Positions 46,783 through 55,124 of a stretch of 55,124 nt of DNA are shown here, in pieces. Within the stretch, counting starts at the first letter, position 1. Every line of letters begins with the position of its first letter. A program made the position numbers and the translations under genes. Below the pieces are notes generated by a model. The model saw nothing but the letters and a program-made list of their open reading frames with translations. It ran no database searches and was not told the DNA's origin. The stretch spans positions 1 to 55,124 of the forward strand of contig CAYJQH010000005.1 of assembly GCA_964372415.1 (NCBI GenBank), given 5' to 3'. The DNA is from an uncultured Gammaproteobacteria bacterium. GTDB lineage: Bacteria > Patescibacteriota > Patescibacteriia > UBA9934.

Positions 46783-46979
46783 CGATAACCTCGACGAGTT
46801 GGAGAGAACGGCTCATACAACCTGCACGAGCCGCGAATAGTCTGCCAGAAGGGTAAAATAATTGCAAATAAAACAGCCCTCGACCACCGCTTGTTGGACC
46901 GAGAGCTCACGAGAAGTTTGTAAGCGGTGGCGAAGGCTGCGAAAACGTTAGGGAAAATATCTAACCCTGTTCAGATCGG

Positions 46980-47192
46980 TCACTCATCAAGCTCAATGAG
47001 CAAATCTTCGATCTGCCTATCGAGCTTTCTGATTTCTTCCTGCGCCTCGTCGACCTCGGCCTGTTCGTCTTCGGGAAGAAAGGTACGATAGGCCGAGAAA
47101 TGCAGGATCATGTCCCTGAACTCCTCCCTCTGTCGTAGAAGGATATCAAGCTCAGGCGATAGACCGCGGAGAATCAAACTGTCATTTCTCAC
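46980..47192 (-). CDS. Small acidic helical hypothetical protein
   Basis: GTGA overlap with upstream gene; coiled-coil pattern. Confidence 0.65.
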   Translation of the reverse strand: MRNDSLILRGLSPELDILLRQREEFRDMILHFSAYRTFLPEDEQAEVDEAQEEIRKLDRQIEDLLIELDE

Positions 47193-47377
47193 GAGTTCTC
47201 CGATATCACGTTTGTTTGATGGCGGAACTCGAGGAGGTACAGTGTCTCCTCGAGAGCAGCGTGTGCTTCCCAGAGTTGGCGAGCCTGAGTTTCGTCTGTC
47301 TCCGGCTCTGCCAGGCGCCTCTCAATTGAGGCGCGCTGTCCGATGAGCGACATGTACTCCTCGGGTTCAGTTTCCAA
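47189..47377 (-). CDS. Small acidic helical hypothetical protein
   Basis: GAGGTG SD before TTG; helical pattern. Confidence 0.6.
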   Translation of the reverse strand: METEPEEYMSLIGQRASIERRLAEPETDETQARQLWEAHAALEETLYLLEFRHQTNVISENS

Positions 47378-47385
47378 GGTTCACC

Positions 47386-47589
47386 TCAGTTGGGGAGAGA
47401 CTCGACCTCGGCCGCCGGCGTAGTGGCCGCAGTCGCGAGCCAACCGATGACATGTTCGCGGGTCAGTTCGAGCTCCATGAGGTATTGCAGTGCCTCCTGG
47501 GCTTTGCCCGGGTTTGGATGGTGCTTGAACCATTTGATCGCCTGCTTGGCCTCGCGAATCTTCTTGTCGATCTCCTGCAGCGGATCCAT
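47386..47589 (-). CDS. Small helical hypothetical protein
   Basis: GGAGG SD; MDPLQEIDKKIREAKQAIKWF. Confidence 0.7.
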   Translation of the reverse strand: MDPLQEIDKKIREAKQAIKWFKHHPNPGKAQEALQYLMELELTREHVIGWLATAATTPAAEVESLPN

Positions 47590-47680
47590 CGGTCCTCCAG
47601 CTTGGGATTAGTCCCTCGCTATTCACGAGTCATCATGAATAATGAGAGACGGCCGAGTGATTCGGCCAGAATTACGGCAA

Positions 47681-47959
47681 TCATTCCACAACCAGGATAT
47701 CACTGTTCCGGTCAAGCCAGGAGAATCGGCTAGTGACAATCGACTCCTTGAGGAGATCGAAATTCGCCCGTAATTCTCGAAGTCGCCGCTCAGTTTTGGC
47801 TAGAGCGATTTTTTCGCCAATATTGTAAAGGGTAACCCACATGTGGGTGGCTTCCCCGATTTCAATTTGCAAGCGGACAAGTTCCTCAAGGCTATGGCCG
47901 GTAAGACTGGTTTTGCCCACGCGACCTCCGGAGAGCGAGAACGCCACCCAGGATAACAA
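47681..47959 (-). CDS. Small helical hypothetical protein (start uncertain)
   Basis: SLEELVRLQIEIGE..TERRLRELRANF helical pattern. Confidence 0.45.
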   Translation of the reverse strand: MLSWVAFSLSGGRVGKTSLTGHSLEELVRLQIEIGEATHMWVTLYNIGEKIALAKTERRLRELRANFDLLKESIVTSRFSWLDRNSDILVVE

Positions 47960-48006
47960 AAATTAACCAAATAGTCAAGCAAAAATAGACTGTTATTAGC
48001 AAAAAT

Positions 48007-48984
48007 CTACAGTTTTAGTCCCAGTTTATTTTTTACCTCTAGGATTTTATTTTGCGCTACTTTATTAGCTCTAGCGCTGCCCTCGGCAATGATGCGTTCA
48101 AGTTCCGCCGGATGTTTTAAGTAGCCGTGAATTTCGGCTTGGAGCGGTTTTAGATAGGTGACAAGTACTTCTGCGAGATCCTCCTTAAGTGATTTCATTC
48201 CTTGGCCGTCGTAACGTTTGGCAATATCAACCATCGACTCTCGGGTTACCAGGTGATAGATAGCTAGGAGGTTTTTTAGTCCCGGTCGATTATCATCAAC
48301 GGTAATTCCCGGTTCGGAATCGGTCACTGCCGAGCGAATTTTTTTTCGTATGACCTCATCGTCATCCATGAGGGAAATATAGTTTTTGGGTGAGGCCGCG
48401 CTCTTACTCATTTTTTTAGACGGATCGTCGAGCCCAAGAATACGACCGCTCGCAATGTTGATAACTGGGTCAGGTACCACGAAAGTTGGTCCGAAATCTC
48501 GGTTAAAGCGTTCGGCAAGATCACGCGTGAGTTCCACGTGTTGTTTTTGATCTTCACCGACCGGCACAGCTTGCGTGTCATAAAGCAGAATATCCGCTGC
48601 CATCAAAACCGGATAGGTAAAGAGGCCAACCGAGAAGTTTTTCTCTTTTTTTGACTTATCCTTAAATTGAGTCATCCGTTCAAGTTCACCCATGCGAGCC
48701 ACGGTTTGCAGAATCCAGGCGAGTTCAGCGTGGGCTGGAACATGTGATTGCTGAAACACCACGCTCTTTTTAGGGTCTATGCCAGCGGCCAGGTAAGAAG
48801 CCACCGCAAATCGTATATTGTTTGAAAGTTCAGTTGGTTTTTGCGGTACGGTAATGGCATGCAAATCGACGACCATAATAAAGAGGTCGTCATTTTTTTG
48901 GAGCTCAACGGCTGGTTTCAAGGCGCCGAAGTAGTTACCAAGGTGAAGGATGTTCGTTGGTTGAATTCCTGTTAAAACACGCAT
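48007..48984 (-). CDS. trpS: Tryptophan--tRNA ligase
   Basis: TGIQPT..HLGNYFGA, YPVLMAADIL, VPVGEDQKQH, KMSKS. Confidence 0.98.
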   Translation of the reverse strand: MRVLTGIQPTNILHLGNYFGALKPAVELQKNDDLFIMVVDLHAITVPQKPTELSNNIRFAVASYLAAGIDPKKSVVFQQSHVPAHAELAWILQTVARMGELERMTQFKDKSKKEKNFSVGLFTYPVLMAADILLYDTQAVPVGEDQKQHVELTRDLAERFNRDFGPTFVVPDPVINIASGRILGLDDPSKKMSKSAASPKNYISLMDDDEVIRKKIRSAVTDSEPGITVDDNRPGLKNLLAIYHLVTRESMVDIAKRYDGQGMKSLKEDLAEVLVTYLKPLQAEIHGYLKHPAELERIIAEGSARANKVAQNKILEVKNKLGLKL

Positions 48985-49015
48985 ATACAGATATCGTAAC
49001 ATTGTTTTTAACGCA

Positions 49016-49044
49016 GTAGGGACGGGTCATAGACCCGTCCCTAC
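49016..49044. repeat. GTAG-type REP palindrome (intergenic)
   Basis: GTAGGGACGGGTC-ATA-GACCCGTCCCTAC. Confidence 0.85.
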
Positions 49045-49053
49045 ATTGTACAT

Positions 49054-50880
49054 TTATACCTCTATCAAGACCGGTAGAATCATTGGACGGCGTTCGGTTT
49101 TGGTGAATAAGAACTTGCCTAGTTCGTCGCGAATACGTCCTTTTATTTCGTCCGGATCAAGTGGCGTTTGGGGCGTTGTGTCGCGCAAGACCTTTTCCAG
49201 GTATTGTCGTGTTTGCCCAATGAATTCCTTGTTATCTTTCATGTGTAAGAAGCCACGCGAGACAATATCTGGCGGCGCCACGAGCTTGCCAGTTTTTTTC
49301 TCAAACTGGGCAATGATCACAACCATGCCGTCCTCGGCTAGGGCTTGACGATCACGTAGTACTACCTGTGACACATCACCCACCCCGAGCCCATCGACAA
49401 AGACGTAATCGGTGGGAATTTTTTCATTTGTGAGTTTAGCTTGATTTTCACCGCGAGCATCTTTCCAGATCTCAATAATTTGTCCGTTATCGGCCACGAA
49501 GACTTTTTCCTCGGGCATTTCCATGGAGTAAGCAACCTCGGCGTTTTCGCGGAGCAAGAAGTGGTTGCCTTCAATTGGCATGTAGTACTTGGGCTTGAAG
49601 AGCGAGAGCATGAGCTTGATATCTTCCTTCATAGCATGCCCGCCAGCGTGTACATCCATGATGTCTTTGTGAATGACCCGAGCGCGTTTGCGGTACAGGG
49701 TATCTTTAAGACGTTGCACCGTGGCTTCATTCCCCGGAATAACCGAGCTTGAGAAGATGACAGTGTCTGATTTCTCGATTTTTACAAAGCGGTGCTCATC
49801 ATTAGCAATACGAGCCATAGCAGCCCGCTTTTCGCCCTGAGCGCCGGTACAAATGATGGTGATTTTATCTGGTGGGTAATCGTTAACTTGCTCAATCGTG
49901 ATAATTGATTTTTGACTAACCTTAATGTAGCCGAGTTCTTTGGCGATCTCCACGTTAGTTTTCATGGAGTAGCCATCGAGGGCGATTTTGCGACCACAGG
50001 CCTCAGATATTTCCATGATTTGTTTAACGCGCGACAGGAGCGAAGCAAAGGTGCCAACGATAACTCGGCCTTTGGCTTTAGCAATTATGTTTTCCAGCTC
50101 TTCGCCGATAAGTTTTTCAGATTTTTGATGGCCATGACGGTCAGCATTCGTGGAGTCACCCATAAGCAGGGTAACGCCGTCCATACCGATTTTGGCAATT
50201 TTGTGGAAGTCAGCTGGTACCGTGCCGACCGGGTGATAGTCGAATTTCCAGTCACCTGTGTGACAAATAACTCCGGCCGGGGTTTCGACAACAATGCCAG
50301 CCGAATCAGGAATATTGTGATTGATGTGGAAGAAATGCACCTTAAAGACACCAAGCTGGAGCGTGGTATCAATAGCAATTTGTTTCACGTTGACCTTGGA
50401 CTCTGGAAAATCAGTTTGGCGTTTTTTGATAATACCAGCAGCTACAGGAAGCGCGTACACCGTTGGGTTACCAATATGCGGCACTACATGCGGAATTGCC
50501 CCGATATGGTCGTAGTGACCGTGAGTGATAATTACACCACGGACATTTTTTTCCTTACCACGAAGATAGGTCGTGTTAGGAATGATGTAGTCAACACCCG
50601 GCATGTCTTCGTCAGGGAATTGAAGGCCCATGTCAATAAGGATAATGTCATCCTTATATTCTATGAGGGTACAGTTGCGACCAACTTCTTCAAGTCCGCC
50701 AAGTACCATGACGCGCACTTTGTCGTCATTATGCGAAGGAATAATGACCGGTTGATTTTCGTTACTGGTCCGCGCTCCTTCATGGCGCGGTGGACGTCCT
50801 TGTCCACGGAACGGTCCACGGGGGCGACGACGCTCGGGGCGTCCGCTACCGCGGAAAGATGTGGGTTTAAAATTTCCCAT
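49054..50880 (-). CDS. rnj: Ribonuclease J
   Basis: LGGLEEVGRN, THGHYDHIG, HNIPD, HTGDWK, DSTNA, CTGAQGE, RRPMILPV; Arg/Gly/Pro-rich N-terminal extension. Confidence 0.97.
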   Translation of the reverse strand: MGNFKPTSFRGSGRPERRRPRGPFRGQGRPPRHEGARTSNENQPVIIPSHNDDKVRVMVLGGLEEVGRNCTLIEYKDDIILIDMGLQFPDEDMPGVDYIIPNTTYLRGKEKNVRGVIITHGHYDHIGAIPHVVPHIGNPTVYALPVAAGIIKKRQTDFPESKVNVKQIAIDTTLQLGVFKVHFFHINHNIPDSAGIVVETPAGVICHTGDWKFDYHPVGTVPADFHKIAKIGMDGVTLLMGDSTNADRHGHQKSEKLIGEELENIIAKAKGRVIVGTFASLLSRVKQIMEISEACGRKIALDGYSMKTNVEIAKELGYIKVSQKSIITIEQVNDYPPDKITIICTGAQGEKRAAMARIANDEHRFVKIEKSDTVIFSSSVIPGNEATVQRLKDTLYRKRARVIHKDIMDVHAGGHAMKEDIKLMLSLFKPKYYMPIEGNHFLLRENAEVAYSMEMPEEKVFVADNGQIIEIWKDARGENQAKLTNEKIPTDYVFVDGLGVGDVSQVVLRDRQALAEDGMVVIIAQFEKKTGKLVAPPDIVSRGFLHMKDNKEFIGQTRQYLEKVLRDTTPQTPLDPDEIKGRIRDELGKFLFTKTERRPMILPVLIEV

Positions 50881-51011
50881 AATTATCTGTCATGAGCGCA
50901 AAGCAAAAGCTCTGCTTAAGTTTTAAAGTGATTCTGACAGTCGGCTGACGTCGAAGTTTCAACGTAAGTCGATTGCAAGTATCACCACAAAAATTTATTT
51001 AAATGAATTTT

Positions 51012-51098
51012 TGGTGCGAGTGGAGAGACTCGAACTCTCAAGGTGTTGCCACCATGGGCTTCTGAGACCCACGCGTATACCAATTCCGCCACACTCGC
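51012..51098 (-). tRNA. tRNA-Leu(CAG)
   Basis: GCGAGTGTGGCGGAATTGG..TGGGT-CTCAGAA-GCCCA, long variable arm, GAGAGTTCGAGTCTCTC, CCA end. Confidence 0.96.
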
Positions 51099-51220
51099 CA
51101 AACCGCGTAAAATTTCCAACTGCTGCGTTGCGGGGCCCAGATTTTTTCTCACCGTAGTTATCACTACGCCTCTAAAAAATCTTCCCCGCGCCTTGCCTTT
51201 GAAAATTTTACGCGCTTTGG
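51098..51220 (-). repeat. Structured palindromic repeat, copy 3, abutting tRNA-Leu 5' end
   Basis: IR CCAAACCGCGTAAAATTT/AAATTTTACGCGCTTTGG; core closely similar to 1244-1370. Confidence 0.85.
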
Positions 51221-51322
51221 CATCTCCCGCAATATGACTGAGTTGGGAGACTAAACCCACGAAATTAAGGGGATACGCTACCACGTCCAGCTTGATTCGT
51301 CAATTCCTACGTTATGTCCGAA

Positions 51323-53134
51323 TCAATTTTGGTTTGGGGGTTGCTCTGGTTTTTTGAAGACCGGTTTTGTTTTTAAGTACCACTCGTGAACATCAGCAAA
51401 GCGATCGCCGGGAGTAGTGGTGAGCGGCAAATTTACCGCTTTAAGATCGCTTGAAAGCACAATCGGCAAAATAGATTGGTACAGAAAAATCGTAGTTGGT
51501 GTGCTTTCTAGTACTGAAGCGAGTTCAGTGAAAGCCTCGGCTCGAGCGTTGGCGTCAGCGGTGCTGCGGATGGTGCTAATCGCAGCGTCAGCAGTTTTGC
51601 TTACAAGTTGACTTACATTAAGGCCTGGATAATTACCTTGCGAAGAATGCCAGAAAGGGTAAGGGTCAGGAAAGATACCATACTGTTCTCCGGCAATAAG
51701 TATGTCGTAAGTTCGATTTTTAAGAACCGTATTTTCAAAGGCTGTACTATCAACCTCAACTACTGTCGCTTGCACGCCAAGTGCTTGCCACTCAAGAGAA
51801 AGCGTCCTAGCCACTGTTATAAATTCAGGAATATCAAGTGTGGTAATGGTAAAGGCAAGAGACTTGCCATCCTTGGTTCTAACACCGCCCTCATCGGGCA
51901 CAAGCCAACCAGCCTTTTCTAAGGTTGTTGCCGCGGCCGCTAAATCAACGGGCGCCTGGGTTCGTAGGGCATCAAAGCCAGGAATGCCTTCAAAAAAAGC
52001 CCCTGACATGATTTTTCCCGTATGCGGGGAAAGTGCTCCAAGAATCAACTCTCGATCAGTTGCAGTAACTAAGGCATTTCGCACTTCAGCACTGGCAATT
52101 GGACTTGTGCTTTTCAGGTTAAAGAAGGCGCCAACGTACTGGCGTGTCATTGCTTGGTGCACGGTGAAGGCTTTGTCATTGCTTAGATTTTTGAGCTCCT
52201 CGGCGGTTAACATGGCAGTTCCGCCAACCGTGTGATTACGCAAGCCGTCAATAAGTTCAACACTACTCGCGAAGAATTTGAAGGTAAGTTTACTCAGGTG
52301 CGGCGCGCCACGATAATATTCGGGATTCCGAACGAAGGTCATGCTTCGTAAATTGCCCTTGCTATCTTTAATCAGTTTATCAAAAAGATAAGGACCGTTA
52401 CCGATCGGTTTTAGATTGAGCTGTGTTAGTTGCGCGTTAGAAGCTGGGACATTTTTCCAAACATGTGACGGCAAGATACCGATCGTAAGGGTTGAAAGAA
52501 ACGGTGCAAACGGTTCGGGTATCGTAAAGACCACTGTTTTGGCATCTGGAGCTTCCACGACGATGCCGGCAAGTGTGCTCTGAAGAGGGCTACCATAATC
52601 AGGATTTTGCATTGCGGTAATGGTAAAAAGTACGTCTTCGCTCGTGACAGGCTGTCCATCTTGCCACAACACGCCTTCGCGAAGAACAAAGGTGTACGTT
52701 CGTTCATCGCTAGAAATAGTGTATGACTCGGCTAGATCTGGCACTAAACCCTCATTAGGATCTTGGCGCATGAGCCCAGCAAAAGCTAAACGCGTGAGCG
52801 CGGCATCGACCTCGTTTGCGTAAGCATAGAGAGGATTAATAAAGTGCGGATACCCAATGATGCCTTCAACGTATTCGCCGCCTGTGGCCGGTGATTGTTG
52901 CACGCGTCTCGCGACAAACTGTCCGCCCAAGGCAAGAGCTGTGAGTAGGGTTACAGTGATCGCGCCAAAAGCAATTTTTCGTTCTCGCGGCGACAGGAAT
53001 CGGGGTAAATGAATGAGCTGACCGAGTGATGGCAAACGGCGAGTTCGTTTGACGTTCAGTACTTGCTGCATGGCTAATTCACTGCCCTTGCTTTTTACCG
53101 TTCTTTGTTTGCCAAAAGGCCAACCGGAGCGCAT
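51323..53134 (-). CDS. ABC transporter peptide-binding protein (OppA/family 5)
   Basis: GGEYVEG, INPLY, PDLAESY..S.D..YTF.LR, WQDG.PVT..DV.FT, PIGNGPY, DPYPFWHS. Confidence 0.92.
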   Translation of the reverse strand: MRSGWPFGKQRTVKSKGSELAMQQVLNVKRTRRLPSLGQLIHLPRFLSPRERKIAFGAITVTLLTALALGGQFVARRVQQSPATGGEYVEGIIGYPHFINPLYAYANEVDAALTRLAFAGLMRQDPNEGLVPDLAESYTISSDERTYTFVLREGVLWQDGQPVTSEDVLFTITAMQNPDYGSPLQSTLAGIVVEAPDAKTVVFTIPEPFAPFLSTLTIGILPSHVWKNVPASNAQLTQLNLKPIGNGPYLFDKLIKDSKGNLRSMTFVRNPEYYRGAPHLSKLTFKFFASSVELIDGLRNHTVGGTAMLTAEELKNLSNDKAFTVHQAMTRQYVGAFFNLKSTSPIASAEVRNALVTATDRELILGALSPHTGKIMSGAFFEGIPGFDALRTQAPVDLAAAATTLEKAGWLVPDEGGVRTKDGKSLAFTITTLDIPEFITVARTLSLEWQALGVQATVVEVDSTAFENTVLKNRTYDILIAGEQYGIFPDPYPFWHSSQGNYPGLNVSQLVSKTADAAISTIRSTADANARAEAFTELASVLESTPTTIFLYQSILPIVLSSDLKAVNLPLTTTPGDRFADVHEWYLKTKPVFKKPEQPPNQN

Positions 53135-53236
53135 CCGAGAGAGAAAATTATTGCCTGCAGAGCTATCGCGTGAACGAGGTATAGGATAATGAACACTCCG
53201 AGGAGCGACTTATAATCCCCCAAAGGAGCCTACTTT

Positions 53237-53452
53237 TTAGAACGAGAACAGAGCATTCACAATGGCTGTAACCAGGAAAAGTACAGCTAGAATTACTGTG
53301 AAAACATGAAGTTTCTTTTCAATGCCGCGACGCGTACGATACACGTTGCCGTCACCGCCAAAGGCTATGCCAAGACTTGCGCCCCGCGCCTGGAGCAAAA
53401 CTGCCATACAAAGGAGAACCGCAAGTGCCAAGAGGATGATGTCTAAAATCAT
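53237..53452 (-). CDS. secG: Preprotein translocase subunit SecG
   Basis: VLLQARGASLGIAFGG..YRTRRGIEKKL, two TMs. Confidence 0.93.
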   Translation of the reverse strand: MILDIILLALAVLLCMAVLLQARGASLGIAFGGDGNVYRTRRGIEKKLHVFTVILAVLFLVTAIVNALFSF

Positions 53453-53608
53453 ATCACCGAAAAGTCTAGCAAACAGTTTCGCTTAGGTCAATCCCGACGC
53501 TCCCCAACAAAACCATGAAATGACGTTGTGGAAGTCGGGACCCAGACTCCCAAAGGGACGTCGGGGTTGGTCTTGGAAAAGGCGAGCTATGGTATTCTAC
53601 CCCTGTCT

Positions 53609-54343
53609 ATGGATGCGCCTCTCGCCGTCCCGGTCGGTAAGCGAAGCATAATGCTTTGGATAGTTGTCGGGATTATTTTCCTGCTATTTTTGCTTTTCGC
53701 TTGGCGGGTTTTTGCCTTTTATCGACAAATTCAACTTGGCATCATTGATCCTGCCACTTACACCTTCCAAAAAACGCGTGCCTCTGGCTCGTATCTTGCA
53801 AGTTTTGCCAGTCAAGCACCCGGTAGTGGCACACTCGCCACTCAAGATGATCCATCAATTGGCTCTGATGATCCCAAGTTGACAATTGTTTACTTCGCTG
53901 ACTTCGGTTGTCCGTATTCGGAAGAAGTCAGTTATGTGGTCGATGCCGTAAGTAAGCAATTTACCAATCAAGTACGATTCATCTATCGAGATTTCCCTTT
54001 AACCGAACTTCATCCTGGGGCCGATTTGGCCGCGCAAGCTGGTGAGTGTGCCGAGGAACAGGGGAGGTTTTGGCAAATGCACGATGTGCTTTACGCAAAT
54101 TCAGGTGAATATACTGCTCAAAATCTAGTCACTTTTGCCGATGACGCCGGGTTAGATTTGCCTGACTTTACTAAATGTCTGGAAAGCGGACGTTACGCCG
54201 ATGAAGTACAGGCCGATGTTGCCGATGGTGTCGCCGCTGGCGTAGTTGGCACACCAACTTTCTTCTTTAACGGACAAAAAGTCGAAGGCTCAATCCCTTT
54301 TAGTGTATTTAACGAACTGGTGCATGCTTTCCTTGAAACATAA
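53609..54343 (+). CDS. DsbA/thioredoxin family protein (CxxS)
   Basis: DDPSIG, FADFGCPYS, YRDFPL..HP, QGRFWQMHD, GTPTFFFNG. Confidence 0.9.
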   Translation: MDAPLAVPVGKRSIMLWIVVGIIFLLFLLFAWRVFAFYRQIQLGIIDPATYTFQKTRASGSYLASFASQAPGSGTLATQDDPSIGSDDPKLTIVYFADFGCPYSEEVSYVVDAVSKQFTNQVRFIYRDFPLTELHPGADLAAQAGECAEEQGRFWQMHDVLYANSGEYTAQNLVTFADDAGLDLPDFTKCLESGRYADEVQADVADGVAAGVVGTPTFFFNGQKVEGSIPFSVFNELVHAFLET

Positions 54344-55124
54344 TTTAATCATTTTTCTTTTGTTGATAGCTGGGTTTATTCCGAGCTTGGTTTTTGCCGC
54401 TAACACGAACTGTTTGTGTTTTTGTGGTGACAATAAGGAGGGAGCTAAGGAAGCTTCGGTGGAGACCAACGGTACCGAGTGTAGCACCACCTGTAAAGAG
54501 AAAGGTAAACAATATGTCGGCTGTTTCTTGGGTCAGAAAAATTATCCAGATCAAAATGATCTTTGTTGGACGCAAGCGGAGTGCGAGGCATACAGTTCGG
54601 AAACAATTACGGGTGTTAAACGAGAGGGTGAATGGGGCGAGCAAAATTATGTTTGCGCCCCAGGCTCTGGTTATTGTTACTCATCAGGTTTTCCGGTCAC
54701 CTTAAACGTGCCAATACTTGGGCAAACACAGGTAAGTGATTTTGCGACCTACATTAACCTGCTCTACACCTACGCTTTACCGACCGCCGCCATCATTGCC
54801 GTTGTCTTAGCGATGATTGCTGGGGTTCAGTACGCCACTGCTGGCGGCAATCGTGGGCAGGTAGAAAAGGCTAAGGAGAGACTGAGTAACGCTATCATTG
54901 GCATGGTGCTACTTCTTTCAGCCTATACAATTGCCCGACTCATTGATCCTCGGCTTGTATTGTTCGACGCCCTTAAAGTACCGCTCATCAAGCAAGTTGT
55001 TATTATTGATCCCGACACTACTTGCGACGTGCTTATTACTTACGGATTCACTGTTTCGCCATCGAGCGGGAAGTGTGGTGAAAAGGGAACAGTCATGAGT
55101 ATTGATAAAGTTCAAGAGAATGTT
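54333..55124 (+). CDS. CPR pilin (TrbC/VirB2-like domain) with Cys-rich N-terminal region; runs off window
   Basis: Manual translation from TTG 54333: signal peptide ..LVFA, many Cys, YINLLYTY..AVVLAMIAGVQYATAGGNRGQVEKAKERLSNAIIGMVLLLSAYTI..IDPRL. Confidence 0.85.
   Translation, partial: MKHNLIIFLLLIAGFIPSLVFAANTNCLCFCGDNKEGAKEASVETNGTECSTTCKEKGKQYVGCFLGQKNYPDQNDLCWTQAECEAYSSETITGVKREGEWGEQNYVCAPGSGYCYSSGFPVTLNVPILGQTQVSDFATYINLLYTYALPTAAIIAVVLAMIAGVQYATAGGNRGQVEKAKERLSNAIIGMVLLLSAYTIARLIDPRLVLFDALKVPLIKQVVIIDPDTTCDVLITYGFTVSPSSGKCGEKGTVMSIDKVQENV

Noticed and set aside
53880..53925. CxxS instead of CxxC in DsbA as a novelty
   Set aside because: CxxS variants are known among thioredoxin-fold proteins; noted in the feature only.

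Overview
Chromosomal window from a Patescibacteria/CPR bacterium, probably Parcubacteria/ABY1-like (inferred from the CPR-type pilin, FG-GAP+YkuD fusion, DUF4012, split transketolase and mostly SD-less, tightly packed core genes). It holds the 3' end of a 23S rRNA gene interrupted by a group I intron with a LAGLIDADG endonuclease, 5S rRNA, tRNA-Ala(TGC), tRNA-Leu(CAG) and an unusually long RNase P RNA. Protein genes include a pentose-phosphate/sugar-kinase cluster, ileS, trpS, rnj, ruvA, secG, cell-envelope genes and glycosyltransferases. The most striking feature is a GC-rich island (about 6.2-11.6 kb) downstream of tRNA-Ala. A near-consensus promoter points into an array of orphan or decayed genes plus an inverted RelE-type toxin-antitoxin pair. 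The units are separated by six copies of a 65-72 bp co-varying double-hairpin element that is not a canonical attC. This may be an undescribed integron-like cassette or RNA-processing system; no recombinase is visible in the window. Other notable items: a ~120-bp structured repeat abutting stable RNA genes, a 36-aa histone-H1/protamine-like peptide missed by the ORF track, and repeat insertions translated in frame inside IleRS. All family assignments come from motif recognition by eye; no searches were run.
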